In this document: piece after piece, positions 1-12,847 of the stretch
Position numbering within the stretch: position 1 is the stretch's first letter
Layout: the number at the start of each line of letters is the position of its first letter
The notes under the pieces: model-generated
What the model was told of the DNA's origin: nothing
Seen by the model: the letters and a program-made list of their open reading frames with translations, nothing else
Database searches by the model: none
From: Antedon mediterranea
Lineage: Eukaryota > Animalia > Echinodermata
DNA: 64,000 nucleotides
Assembly (NCBI RefSeq): GCF_964355755.1
Contig: NC_092677.1
Location: 7,648,101-7,712,100 of the forward strand
Direction: 5' to 3'
Position numbers and translations under genes: made by a program

Positions 1-879
1 AAAACAATTTACGGCCCCAGTCGACAATTCTATTAACTACGCCATTTTTGGTTAAAATAATTACATATAATTACGTTTTTTAGTAATTTATTTTATATAT
101 CACCATTGGAAATATCAATAAAACATGCTATTAAATGCTTATAAAATATATAAAGTTGTTTACTTAACGGAATTCGGGCAAATTCATTGCTCTAACTTTG
201 TGTAGTAACGATCAGAGAGATTCATGGTACACGCGCGAGAGAAAACATTCCGCTGCGGGTGATTCGCATCCACCAATCAAATCAGCCAGAATTCAAAATC
301 ATTCAACCGTGAGCAATGCCAATCGCGAGAAAGCTCAGCTTTGATTGGCTTACGATGACATCATATCCCAAAATGGGGGGGGGGGGGGGGGGAGCCTCAC
401 GGAATATTCTGTTCCAAAAATGAAATACATGAATATTTTTTATGGTATGTGTGCTTTTTCTTTAAAAATTTTGAATAATAAAGGCCTCATATCGAGAAAA
501 AAACAGGTTTTTGGCACTTATAATAAATATTAGACAAAAAAGCACATGGCATGTGGAACTATATAATCTTAGCGTAGGAAGACATACAAATCCCAGGTCA
601 TGAGAAGCTCAACTGCAAAAACAAGGTTGAATAGGGTAAGGTCAAAGACTTTTGAGTAAACAATCTACCGCGTACGGCCGTACGTACGTGCTAGGTAGTA
701 CGATATTTTGACCACATTTTTTACGTGTTTCGTTAGATGTAATGAAAATAAAAATAGTTGATCTGAAGCGATCAATGATATGATATGTAAATAAACAAAC
801 ACTCAAAAGAATTATGTTTACAGTTCAATTATTGTCCGAATAATACAGTAGTTTTTTTTTTCCCGGCACCTTTGTTTGC

Positions 880-956
880 CGACGGACGCGATGATGTGCC
901 GACGACACGAAATCAGGGGGGGGGGGGGGGCCGGCCTCCTACTGGATACGCCACTG
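880..956. mobile_element. Right terminus of a hAT-like DNA transposon fragment
   Basis: Ends in G-run + CTGGATACGCCACTG (reverse complement CAGTGGCGTATCCAG), the same terminal style as ...GATCCGCCACTG at 46690; no partner end found. Confidence 0.35.
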
Positions 957-1170
957 GTGGAGGTTACACCATTGTTGGAGGTTACGTTGCTGTGGAGGTT
1001 ACACCATTGTTGGAGGTTACGTTGCTGTGGAGGTTACACATTGTTGGTGGTTACGTTGCTGGTTGGAGGTTACGCCATTGTTGGTGGTTACGTTGCTGTT
1101 GGAGGTTACACCGTGGTTGGTGGTTACGCTACTATTGGAAGTTACGTCATTACTGGTGGTTGCGCTGTTG
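957..1170. repeat. 17-18 bp minisatellite (TGGAGGTTACACCATTGT / TGGAGGTTACGTTGCTG)
   Basis: About 12 degenerate tandem units read directly; explains the repetitive ORFs at 872-1458. Confidence 0.9.
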
Positions 1171-1582
1171 TTTCAAGTCCGGCGTAATAGCAGAACTAAT
1201 CTAATTAATTATTATAATTGGTTGTTACCAATAATTTGGAATCAAAGAAGAATAAAGGAGGTCATTCCAGTAATTGTAATTGATTTGTTTGTTTTATTCG
1301 AGTGTACCGTGGTACCGCAGACCCTTCCCCCCAAAAGGGAACAAACCCGAGAGCGGATTTTCGTTACAATACTTTTGATGATATCGGTCGCGCTATTTTG
1401 TATGGAGCGGGATGCATGCGAGAGCGGGATATACATTGTCTTCGTTTATAATATATAGATATAAAAGATATCTTTTAGGAACTTGATGGATATTTTTTAT
1501 TTGTTTAATAAATATTTATTATCAAATGAAATTGTTTTTTTTTTATTTTACAGGTCTCGGATATATATATATATATGCTAAC

Positions 1583-1702
1583 TTTTCTGGCTGTTTACTT
1601 TATCGTTTTGATTTAGCTTTTCGCTTTTTATTTTTGTATCTCCATTGAGATCCAGCCACTGATACCCACAGCATTGTCATTTTTTTTCAGTAATTTGCCT
1701 TT
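1583..1702 (+). repeat. Dispersed repeat, second copy at 43194-43316 next to a Penelope-type hammerhead palindrome
   Basis: TTTTCTGGCTGTTTACTTTATCGTTTTGATTTAG...GAGATCCAGCCACTGATACCCACAGCA nearly identical at both loci; bordered by (TA)n here. Confidence 0.7.
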
Positions 1703-1707
1703 ATATA

Positions 1708-2303
1708 TATATATAAACACATCAGGCAATGAACATTAATTCTAAACCGCCCGGTGATATACTGAAATTTAATTAATTAATTTGAAACGATAAAGATGAG
1801 GAAATCTGTGAGAATGAGAAAAAGTCGCCCCAACCGAGACTCGAACTCGGACCGCCTGCTTGATATGCAGATGTCCTAACCATTAGACCACTGGGACTTT
1901 CATGGTATTGTTCGAACTCGATTGGATAACGACTCTTTAACATTCTCGGCGTGGTACGGCGGAACAGCACTAGTCCTCAGTTGTACGCACGCGCAACAGA
2001 GATCAAATTGATACGCCCTCATCTTTCAGTATTTTTATTCACGAGGCGGGATCTCCGAAGAGATACTTTTATACACCTATATATAAACACATCAGGCAAT
2101 GAACATTAATTCTAAACCGCCCGGTGATATACTGAAATTTAATTAATTAATTTGAAACGATAAAGATGAGGAAATCTGTGAGAATGAGAAAAAGTCGCCC
2201 CAACCGAGACTCGAACTCGGACGTGACCGCCTGCTTGATATGCAGATGTCCTAACCATTAGACCACTGGGGCTTTCATGGTATTGTTCGAACTCGATTGG
2301 ATA
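1708..2303 (-). repeat. Tandem partial duplication (about 220 bp: 1708-1928 and 2078-2303) of a tRNA-containing element embedded in (TA)n
   Basis: Direct repeat visible; copy 2 has a 5-bp insertion (ACGTG). Confidence 0.85.
1826..1897 (-). pseudogene. tRNA(Glu/Asp)-like Pol III cassette; second copy 2196-2272
   Basis: Minus strand GTCCCAGTGGTCTAATGGTTAGGACATCTGCATATCAAGCAGGCGGTCCGAGTTCGAGTCTCGGTTGGGGCG: A box, B box GTTCGAGTC, anticodon-like arm, followed by TTTTT. Confidence 0.65.
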
Positions 2304-4264
2304 TATATATATATATATATATATATGTCTGTGTCTTATTATGCAAAACAATTTTTACAACGTATCGCCTGTAAAGCCAGTGTATCCATTGTTATACTTA
2401 TGCATACTGTGGCAGATATATCATATCCATTATTCGATCACATTTTTATTTATATTTTATTTATGTCCGTTATGTTGGATATTATTAAGTGTAGTGCCTA
2501 TTGTTGTGGTAAATCACGTGTACATTTTTATTTCTAATGTTTAAAATAGTCTTTAGTAAAATGATCATAATGCGAATGGTTAATCGGCGAGTTACTGAAC
2601 CCCCGAATAAACCATATCGGAGCTGCGCATTCTATGACCGTGCAGCTGTTTCCTCTAACTACGTTATCTTGCTGATGGGGATTCCCTTTAAAAAAAAAAC
2701 ACGCACTTTGCGTGTCAAATCATGGAAAGAAACACGTACGATCGTTGTCCATGGCCAGGTGAAGATGGCGTCTTTATTACTAATAACCATACGTTCTGGA
2801 ACGTCTATATGCCTCAAATGGTCAGAAAATCGGTCAGAAAATAGTGTTTTTTAATACATTATTACACTTTTCAGTAACTTATTAGTTTACAATACGTCGT
2901 GAAACGCGTTTCACTTGACGACTGACGTTTTAGTCGCCGGTGAACGCGTTTGGTGTAATGAAATGACAAACAATTATACAAGTAATATTTCAGATAAAAA
3001 TTTCAGTATAATTTACATACTATGAACATCATTAGTTGCACTGTCCAACAACAGCATAATAATCTTCATCAAATTACTTATTAATTTTGAGCTAGGCCTA
3101 GCTAGCTAGGCCGTTTACTCAGCCTAGCTAGCTAGGCTTGAATTTATGTCTAGGCTTATTCATGGTTTCGAAAAGGCTTGGTCGTTACGCCCCGTTTTTT
3201 CTCGCACATTAAGAATTGTGAAGAACTTCACAAAATCCTCTACAAAACAAGACTGGTATTTCAGATTAGTAAAGCGATATGGAAGCTTAGGCCTGATTGG
3301 AGGGCATCCTGTCATGGCCCATGGGATGGGTACTACGTACGGGTAAGGCCGAGTCAGTTTGGGTGCCAAGGTGAACAGACGATCGGGGCCAAGGACAATC
3401 GGGGCCATCATAGAGACGATCGGGTCTATTTTACGTTTGTCCCGATAGCCCTAGTGTATCGTTTGTAAATCCGTTCCATTATAGTTTATAATCGAGTTCT
3501 CGGCATCCATACCGAGATGAAGTGAAATATTGTGTTAGTTTTTAACGGAGTATTTTGAGCGTTGAGCAGATTGATAAATTCATAAAAAGTTCATAGATAA
3601 ATAAATAAAACTGAGCACACGTGGCGTACCGTAAACTGCAAACACACTGGATTATAGTGCTGAAATCAGCGATGTCCAGTCATCATTCTGAAGATTCTGA
3701 AGATTGTTCTTAAAAGCGTACTTTATTACAGTTTTCTACCGTTATGTACATTTTATTGGTATTTTATTATTATTAAGGAAAAGGCCGCGTGATTTTTAAA
3801 GAAAATCGTACGTATTGAAAACAATTTTATAAACAGTTGAAATGTATGAAAAATTGAAATTTTCTGCGGAGCTAGCTCCACTTATAAAAGGCCAGGAGGC
3901 CTAGTACCGATCGAGGTTTAAAAAAAATCGTCAATAGTATAATTAGAATTCAAAATGAACAAAAACATAATGAGCGTTTTTATTAAAAACACATAGAAAC
4001 GGCGATAATGTGTATCTAGTGCACCCCATACAAATTAGCGTGACCAAAATAAAACGCGACCGATATCAAACGTAGCCTAACTAGTATGATAAAAGGCGTC
4101 TAGCGGCGGATGTTGATTTTATCGCGACCGATTTCATCTGACACCGTGTGTTTGTGTGTGGCTTAGTGCTGCTTGCTAAACATTAAAGATCCACGTGCAG
4201 TTTAGGTACCGGTCTTTTTAGTAGGTTATTCCATTCGAAAAATAGAGGTGTATTGTATTGTGTA

Positions 4265-4677
4265 GACAAATTATGACTAAGATACGACTAGGAATTTTAG
4301 AATTGAAAAAGGAAGATGGAATTGTATAAATAGAAATGAAAGATTATGCAAATTATGTGCTTTACAATCAATTGAAGATGAATATCATTTCACTTTAGTT
4401 TGTCCATTTTATTCAGATATTAGAACTAAATATATGTTTTCCTTTTATACAAACAACCCAACTAAATTAAAATATATTTATCTTATGTCTGCCACAAATA
4501 CTGATCTTATTTTTAAACTTGGAAAATATTTATTTTTTTCATTTAAACGTAGAACAGAATTTTTAAACGCACTCAACTGATATTTATTTAATATTGTATT
4601 ACATTGTATATTATTTGGGCCAAAGGCCATATATAATAAATGTTTCTTGGATCTCCAAGAAAGAATGAATGAATGAA
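4265..4677 (+). mobile_element. 5'-truncated LINE 3' end (ORF2 C-terminal CCHC region) with (GAAT)n tail
   Basis: Translates ...RIEKGRWNCINRNERLCKLCALQSIEDEYHFTLVCPFYSDIRTKY; interrupts the left TIR with a TGTA duplication. Confidence 0.8.
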
Positions 4678-4704
4678 TGTATTAAATCGGTGTAAGTGTT
4701 TGAC

Positions 4705-4723
4705 CAGGGAGTTGAAATCCCTG
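4705..4723. mobile_element. Mini palindrome CAGGGA..TCCCTG with TTTGAC duplication (probable P-type excision footprint)
   Basis: Empty site present in the opposite TIR copy (about 11284-11294). Confidence 0.65.
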
Positions 4724-5082
4724 TTTGACCAATAAATATACAGTACTGTAGTCCCAGACTGGTGGCATTTCGGATGTTCCACTTTAACTACGGGGGTTCA
4801 TAACGTAGCAATTTCTAACATTAATATTAATTATATTGCCTGGTTTCAGCTGACATAACAGTGCATATTTATTTATTTTCATTTTACATTTTAATAATAT
4901 TCTATAAAAAACAAAACCCAATACGATTTATAGATTATTGTGTCAATATATAATTTATCGTGTTTATTACACGTCTTACTCTGAGGCTCTCATCATTTTA
5001 AAATTATGAGAGCATCAGCAACATCATAAGTGAGGTACGTAATCAGCTAGGGTACGTTTATAGGAGAATTATTTTTAGTATA

Positions 5083-5469
5083 GGGGAGACCGGGGAGCTT
5101 TGAAACAAGGGCACATTGAAACTGGGTCGTTTATTTTCGATACGAACAAATTGGGCGAAAGTTTTAAATACCATAGCAACCCTATCACCGTATACAAGCT
5201 ATTTACCAAGTACAGTATCAGCGAATTTTGATTATTAACTCAAGAAATATCACTATTTTATTAATTTTAACACCTCAAAGTAATTATTAGTGACGTCACT
5301 TTATTATAAATAACTCCTAGAATATAGTGTTTACTATTTTTTCTAGTATAGGTTTAAAAAGACATATTATTACTTGTTTAATCACTGCATTGTGTTTAGC
5401 CGTGCGAGTCGTCATTTTTTTTTCTAGGCAGGAACAGAAGTTGGTTGTGCATACGGGGTACGTTGAAAC
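5083..5469. mobile_element. Left part of a pogo/Tc1-like MITE (TA|GGGGAGACCGGGG...TTGAAAC), interrupted by a P element
   Basis: Terminal motif after TA and repeated TTGAAAC subterminal motifs; right end not found. Confidence 0.45.
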
Positions 5470-7814
5470 CAAAGATCTTATAATATACTAAAGATGTGAC
5501 ACTACCCGCGTTTACACGTAACACTTTAGAAGCGTCAAATTATAGTGTGCGCCCCCTCGCTTAAACAAGTAACGAACTTTTGCGTGACGATGATCGCAGT
5601 ATTCTTTAGAAAATGGGATTGAGGAGTCGCGCCAAAGTTTGTATGGTTAAGAAACAATGAATGAAAAGAGAAAAAGTGGAGGGATGTACTGTGCTGCAAT
5701 TAATTGTAAAAGCAATTCAAAGGTCAACCCAGAACTTAAGCTTTACAATTTTCCCAAAGACAAGAACAGGTAAGTTTATGTAATTAAATAAGTAGCCTAG
5801 GCTACATCTTAACATATGCTATGTAGGCCTGGGGACTAATCTTACTTTACTGTATTCAATTTATACATATATTAATAAACTAGGCTAGGTAGACCTATTA
5901 TTAATAATTATTATTTAAACGTATGAAATGATTATTAATATCATTATTAGGCTGCTACTAGTACATTAGTTATATAAACAGTGAAATTACACTAATTTCA
6001 CTGTTACCTGGTTATATTACTTATCCTTTAAAATTTAGTACCCTTAACAAACAATTTTTAAAACTTTCAATTCAAGAAACATTTATTGACCAAATATATA
6101 TCATTACAATTGTTGGCATATAAGTAAAAATTTGGTCGAAAGACTACATTGGCATGTCGATGTAGGCCTAGTCCCTCTTTTTACATTATACACTATTTGT
6201 ATTGTTCCCTGGTTATATTACTTATCCGTTGAGTAGCCCTAACAAACAATTTTTAATTGAATCTTATACTTAATATTTATGAAATTCAACCGTTAGTTAG
6301 TTAGTTAGTGGTTTTAGGTTAGGCTTAAGTATTTGATTTTAGGCCCTAACCAATTTGAAAATCAATTAGCATGCACGCAGACGTCCTATAATTACGTAAA
6401 CGTTAATTATGATAAAGCAAAAACTCACTAGACAATTATTAATTTACAGGTGTGCAAAATGGGCCCAGAACACACGACGCGCGGATTGAAAACGAAACCA
6501 AGTTCCTATTTACACCGTAATTGCCACTTGTGCAATATTCATTTCGAAGAATCTCAAATACTGCAAAAAGATTGTATGGAATGCATTCCCTACAATATTT
6601 GATGTCCCAAATCCACCACACCAAGTAGTTAATGTCCTATCTATCTGTGAAAAGATTTTTGTTTCTAACTAGACTTTAACAAATACTTACATACATCAAA
6701 CATCAGCAGAAAAATAAAGTTAAAAATCGCTACCATGTTACATAGATTTGGTATGAAGTTGCATCTTTGTTCACCAGCAATTGAAACATTGCTAATTGAA
6801 ACGTACGTAAACCTACGCATATTCTTCAACAGAGACATAATCAGTGATAAGAAGAAGAGTAAAAAATTAATTAAAGTATCACATTTATGAGGTATGGTAA
6901 AGTTGTAGGAGGTCTGTACGCGCTCCGGTCTGTGCATTATCGGCTAGAAATGATGATCATTTACGACGGTCTGGTATGATGATTGTATAATTGTAAATAT
7001 GATGATTTTATTTCAATGTTTCTACATTTTTTATATTTCTTCTGAGTGGCCCGTGCATCATTTCGCAATAGTTATTGAGTTAATTTTTAACTGAGACTAC
7101 TATAACATAACTAATTGTTATTTCAGGTTTTAAATAAATTATAATAATAAATGAATGTCATGGCGAATGATGGGTACATGTATGCCTAGTATGAATTGTC
7201 TCAGAATTGACTATCATAATCTGTTTCATATCATGCCTGTAGGCTTAAGCCTATAATTGTTTATAAATATATTCCGAAAAATTACTGCAGTAAAATAGTC
7301 GAAGTAGTGATTTTAAAAAGTGACTTCTTGTTCTTTTTTAATTGTTTATAACACACTATTTGACTAATATAATTTCCTAATCTGCACGGTTTTGCTGCTG
7401 GATGAAAAAGAACAACACATCAAGAACAAAAACGGAATACGATGCGCTTAGTGTTAATACCAGAGGGACCGACTCGCATAAATAAGTAGTAGTGATGTGA
7501 GTCTCCCTGATTACTCCTAGATGATGATTTTGAGGATGATGATAAACTTTCAATAATAACAACAATATTCAGTAATTAAACAAATAGATATACAAAGTAC
7601 AGGAAATAAGTCTATCATTATAATTTAATCACACATTACCGCAATTATTGTGATGAAAAAAATTGAGTATTCAGTTACAATAAAGTAGACATATCTGATC
7701 CATAAATCTACTTGTTTGAGCGAGGGGGCGCCCTATAAAATGAGCTCCATGTGTGTTACATGAATTGCACGTAAAATTCCGAGAGTGTCCCATCTTCAGT
7801 ATATAGGATCTTTG
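5470..7814 (+). mobile_element. P-superfamily DNA transposon, internally deleted
   Basis: CAAAGATC...GATCTTTG termini, imperfect TIR of about 100 bp, exact 8-bp TSD GTTGAAAC (5462-5469, 7815-7822), internal THAP exons. Confidence 0.85.
5657..6630 (+). pseudogene. THAP zinc-finger N-terminus of a transposase; two exons (5657-5769, 6450-about 6630), frameshifted
   Basis: MNEKRKSGGMYCAAINCKSNSKVNPELKLYNFPKDKNR|CAKWAQNTRRAD/KTKPSSYLHRNCHLCNIHFEESQ/..WNAFPTIFDVPNPP; GT-AG intron; C2CH, FP, W and AxPTIF motifs. Confidence 0.85.
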
Positions 7815-7854
7815 GTTGAAACGGAGTATGGTCGAAGCGGCCGCCTTCCAAAGC

Positions 7855-10778
7855 GGAAGAGTCTAAATGTCATCCGTCAGGGCACCTATTTATTTTACGC
7901 ATGCGCAATTAATTCCTTGGATAGATGGACCACAAATTATAGATCGTATTTTACCATTTGCACAATTATTCGATTATTACAGTGTAAGTGCAACGCGATG
8001 GTGAAAGTTGTTCTCGTTTTACCTTTGTAATTTTCATGCAATTCCACTACAAAACCATGAATCATAATTTTACCGTACTGCTGCAAAATTTTAATTTAGT
8101 AATTTTATTGCGTCACGGCACCTAGTTAGCTCAGTGCTGAGTTAGCTACATGCACTGAGTAAGTTAGCATACGTTGTTCGGTTATATCGATATGAACGAA
8201 GGTCTGAATTCACTATGAATCTGGTAGTTCCCTGACGGATGATAAGTATTAATTGTCATCCGTCAGGGCACCTATATAGTTAACATACACGTTGTTTTCC
8301 GTTAACATACACGTTTTTAATTCATTCTGTGTAACTGGTAGTGCCCTGACGGATGATAAGTATTAATTGTCATCCGTCAGGGCACCTATAGTTATAACAT
8401 ACACGTTGCTAATTCACTGTGAAACTGGTAGTGCCTGACGGATGAAAAGTATTAATTGTCATCCGTTAGGGCACCTATATAGTTAACATACACGTTGTTA
8501 ATTCACTAATCTGGTAGTGCCCTGACGGATGATAAGTATTAATTTTCATCCGTCAGGGCACCTATATAGTTAACATACACGTTATTAATTCACTCTGTGT
8601 AACTGGTAGTGCCCTGACGGATGATAAGTATTAATTGTCATCCGTCAGGGCACCTATATAGTTAACATACACGTTGTTAATTCACTCTGTGTAACTGGTA
8701 GTGCCCTGACGGATGATAAGTATTAATTGTCATCCGTCAGGGCACCTATAGTTAACATACACGTTGTTAATTCACTGTGTAACGTAGTGCCCTGACGGAT
8801 GATAGGTATTAATTGTTACACAGAGTGAATTAATAACGTGTATGTTAACTATAGGTGCCCTGACGGATGACAATTAATCCTTATCATCCGTCAGGGCACT
8901 ACCAGTTACACAGTGAATTAACAACATGATATGTTAACTATATAGGTGCCCTGACGGATGACAATTAATCCTTATCATCCGTCAGGGCACTACCAGATTC
9001 ATAGTGAATTAACAACGTGTATGTTAACTATATAGGTGCCCTGACAGATGACAATTAATACTCATCATCCGTCAGGGCACTACGTTACATACATAGTGAA
9101 TTAACAACGTGTATGTTAACTATATAGGTGCCCTGACGGACGACAATTAATACTTATCATCCGTCAGGGCACTACCAGTTACACAGAGTGAATTAATAAC
9201 GTGTATGTTAACTATATAGGTGCCCTGACGGATGACAATTAATCCTTATCATCCGTCAGGGCACTACCAGTTTAGACCTACACAGTGAATTAACAACATG
9301 ATAATGTTAGCTTTATAGATGCCCTGACGGATGACAATTAATACTTATCATCCGTAAGGACACTACGTTACACAGTGAATTAACAACGTGTATGTTAACT
9401 ATATACGTGCCCTGACGGATGACAATTAATACCTATCATCCGTCAGGGCACTGCCAGTTACACAGAGTGAATTAATAACGTGTATGTTAACTATATAGGT
9501 GCCCTGACGGATGACAATTAATCCTTATCATCCGTCAGGGCACTACCAGTTACACAGTGAATTAACAACATGATATGTTAACTTTATAGGTGCCCTGACG
9601 GATGACAATTAATACTTATCATCCGTCAGGGCACTACCAGATTCATAGTGAATTAACAACGTAATGTATGTTAACTATATAGGTGCCCTGACGGATGACA
9701 ATTAATACTTATCATCCGTCAGGGCACTACCAGATTCATAGTGAATTAACAACGTCATGTATGTTAACTATATAGGTGCCCTGACGGATGACAATTAATA
9801 CTTATCATCCGTCAGGGCACTACGTTACACAGTGAATTAACAACGTGTATGTTAACTATTTAGGTGCCCTGACGGATGACAATTAATACTTATCATCCGT
9901 CAGGGCACTACCAGATTCATAGTGAATTAACAACGTCATGTATGTTAACTATATAGGTGCCCTGACGGATGACAATTAATACTTATCATCCGTCAGGGCA
10001 CTACGTTACACAGTGAATTAACAACGTGTATGTTAACTATTTAGGTGCCCTGACGGATGACTTTTCATCCGTCAGGGCACGACCAGTTTCACAGTGAATT
10101 AGCAACCTGTATGTTAACTATATAGGTGGCCTGACGGATGACAATTAATACTTATCATCCGTCAGGGCACTACCAGATTCGGGCCAGATTCATAGTGAAT
10201 TAACAACGTGTAGGCCCCTATGTTAACTATTTAGGTGCCCTGACGGATGACAAATAATACTTATCATCCGTCAGGGCACTACCAGTTACACAGAGTGAAT
10301 TAACAACGTGTATGTTAACGGAAAACAACGTGTATGTTAACTATAGGTGCCCCGACGGATGACAATTAATACTTATCATCCGTCAGGGCACTACCAGATT
10401 CATAGTGAATTCAGACCTTCGTTCATATCGATAGAGCCGAACAACGTATGCTAACTCAGTGCATGTAGCTAACTTAGCACTGAGCTAACTAGGTGCCGTG
10501 ACGCAATAAAATTACTAAATATAACCAAATTATGATTATTCGAAGATTAAAATTTTGCAACAGTACGGTAAAATTATGATTCATGGTTTTGTAGTGGAAT
10601 TGCATGAAAATTACAAAGGTAAAACGAGAACAACTTTCACTGCACTTACACTGTAATAATCGAATAATTGTGCAAATGGTAAAATACGATCTATGAATTG
10701 CGGTTCATCTATCCAAGGAATTAAGTGCGCATGCGTAAAATAAATAGGTGCCCTGACGGATGACATTTAGACTCTTCC
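7855..10778. mobile_element. Foldback (Mutator-like) palindromic element: about 370-bp unique outer TIR plus inverted arrays of about 90-bp hairpin units
   Basis: GGAAGAGTCTAAATG...CATTTAGACTCTTCC termini; orientation flips near 8815; 9-bp flanks only partly match (TTCCAAAGC / AACCAGAGC). Confidence 0.8.
8221..10405. repeat. Tandem array of about 24 units of about 90 bp (about 7 forward, about 17 reverse)
   Basis: Unit carries the inverted pair GTGCCCTGACGGATGA-N13-TCATCCGTCAGGGCAC plus TTAACA..TGTTAA. Confidence 0.95.
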
Positions 10779-11706
10779 AACCAGAGCGGCCGCCAGTTTA
10801 ATATCGTCATTTGTATGGAACGCCATGTGCGCTTTAATCTTTGATTGTCGTTGTCAACGCCATGGCCTATGGCGAGTTGAGTTACAGCTAATATATATAT
10901 AATATAAAGGAGTATGGTCAAACCAATATAAGCCAAATTATGTACTATCGAATCTTAAATATATTGGTAGTGAAGGGAAAAAATAACGTTGAACTGACCC
11001 GACGTTTCTCGATAACTCTCCTATCCAATCTTTATACAGTATTGCAATTAATATAACAACAAAATACACAGTAAATTAAAATACATAAAATGACTGTACA
11101 AAAACACAATATAATTATAATGTTCAAATAGATTTACTTTATGGTATACATAACTATACTGTAGGCCTACAAAAAAACCCAACAATATAATTAATATTAA
11201 TGTTAGAAATTGCAACGTTATGAACCTCCGTAGTTAAAGTGGAACATCCGACATGACACCAGTCTGTTCTGGATCAACTATATTGGTCAAACACAATACA
11301 CCGATTTAATACACAATACACCCCTATCTATTATGGTTCGGCGAAAACCCAGTAAATTAACTAACTTTTAGCTCAGTAAAACTTGCGTGGCATTCATACA
11401 CAGTCATTTTGCGTTTGACAACCTTGTATTATATGTCGCCCTCTATGTCTAACTATAATATCTTAAGTTTCGGTCGAAACAATGAACCCGGTCAGCCAAT
11501 TTGCATAATCATCATTTCGAATACAGTATATATGTCAATATGACTATTAATTTACTCTTTTGAGATGATCCCATATAATAACCACCTTTCATCTTAAACA
11601 CTACCGGTATACTTCCCAATCTTAGTTTCTCATGGACCAATTTAAAAATAAAGGTGACCAACAAAAAATAATAAATAACTAATAATAAGTTTTCCCTTTA
11701 TTTTAG

Positions 11707-11753
11707 GTTTTTTCGTGGTCTTTGTCTCATATTATTCGTTCGTGTCGTATCGT
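11707..11753 (+). CDS. Signal-peptide exon of an Ig-domain gene (upstream exon with start not located)
   Basis: tttag|G TTT TTT CGT...TCG T|gtaagt gives FFRGLCLILFVRVVS, ending in phase 1 and joining the Ig exon in frame. Confidence 0.65.
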
Positions 11754-12444
11754 GTAAGTAAAAACGAAGTCATTTTATTTTGTTCTGTCCAATGCACCAT
11801 TCTCAAAAATAAATGTTCTGATGAATATTCCAAACTAGACCGTAGATTGAACCTGGTTGTATATTCTATTTTTTATTTGGAAAACAAGCACGTGCCTTTA
11901 TTACCAATCTAAAGTGGGTACAGAATTAGATGTAACAATTTATTAAATTATAACTGTTACCCTCTTCAATTTAGTTCGCCATTTCTACTGTACAGTATAT
12001 TTTGTCTTAATAATTGTTTACGACGAAACAAAAGCCAAATCGTCAAGTTTAGCCTGGCAAATCATGGTATATAAACATAAAGTTAAACAACCAACTAAAT
12101 ATTAAGGCTCATTATTCTTTTTGTTGTGACCGACTGGATGAAAATGAGCAAGTGGCATTCTCGCGTCTTATTATCTGTTATTAAGGCTATGAAGTGAGGT
12201 AATTAAACTACAATAGTCTAGGACCTGGGTAAGATTTGTGTTTGTGCCAATGGACAAACTGTATGGTATCAAATTAAAGCATACACAATATGCTACCCAT
12301 TGCTACCCAACTTGTATTGAACATTTTTAATTATGAAGCTAATTGTATGGAAAATGTGCACATTTATGCTAGGTGTATTAAGAATTGATGCGTGATAAAA
12401 TTTACCGTTAATATTTATATATATATTTTCCACTACCGATATAG

Positions 12445-12741
12445 TGACTGATAAAGTGATTCGTTTCTGCCCCGGAAGTGACATAGTCTTACACTGTCAT
12501 TATAATAGCACTGAGAAACTACTCTCTGTCGTATGGTTTGTAGAAAATGAAGACGTTTCATCATATACTGCAGAAACCAACAGATTGGTGGATAATAATG
12601 AAACAAAGTTTCAAATTCAAAATGGTTCGTTTTCATTAAAAGTCTTTGGAATAACGGAATCACAGAAATACAAATGTAGAGTAGTTGATGCAATGAATGA
12701 TGTTGAGAGAAATTTCTGGACGACACAACCACAACCAGACG
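12445..12741 (+). CDS. Ig V-type domain exon
   Basis: 297-bp phase 1-1 exon (ag|...|gtgagt); IVLHC, VVWF, FSLKV, YKC motifs; N-glycosylation sequons NST, NET, NGS. Confidence 0.85.
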
Positions 12742-12847
12742 GTGAGTAAATCAATGATGATAATGAACAGTTCTTTCGCATTGAACACTATTACCTCTAC
12801 TTATTATTTTTTAGACCCGCTATATATTTTGTACAAATATAAAGTAT

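Larger units (their letters stand above)
4243..11326. mobile_element. Non-autonomous DNA transposon with about 145-bp TIRs (TAGRGGTGTATTG...), host to nested insertions
   Basis: 4243-4264 plus 4678-4838 is the reverse complement of about 11183-11326; no clean TSD. Confidence 0.7.

Noticed and set aside
872-1458. Overlapping repetitive ORFs
   Set aside because: Translations of a G-run and an 18-bp minisatellite
1826-1897. Functional tRNA gene
   Set aside because: Atypical anticodon loop (ATATCAA), sits inside a duplicated repeat, second copy has an insertion
1179-4145. Possible Mutator-like element with CCGGCGTAA / CTGACACCG ends and inverted CGCGACCGATATC motifs
   Set aside because: No TSD and the match is too short to set boundaries
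8221-10405. CRISPR-like array of palindromic repeats
   Set aside because: Intervening sequences are near-identical rather than unique spacers, orientation flips mid-array, no cas genes, eukaryotic context
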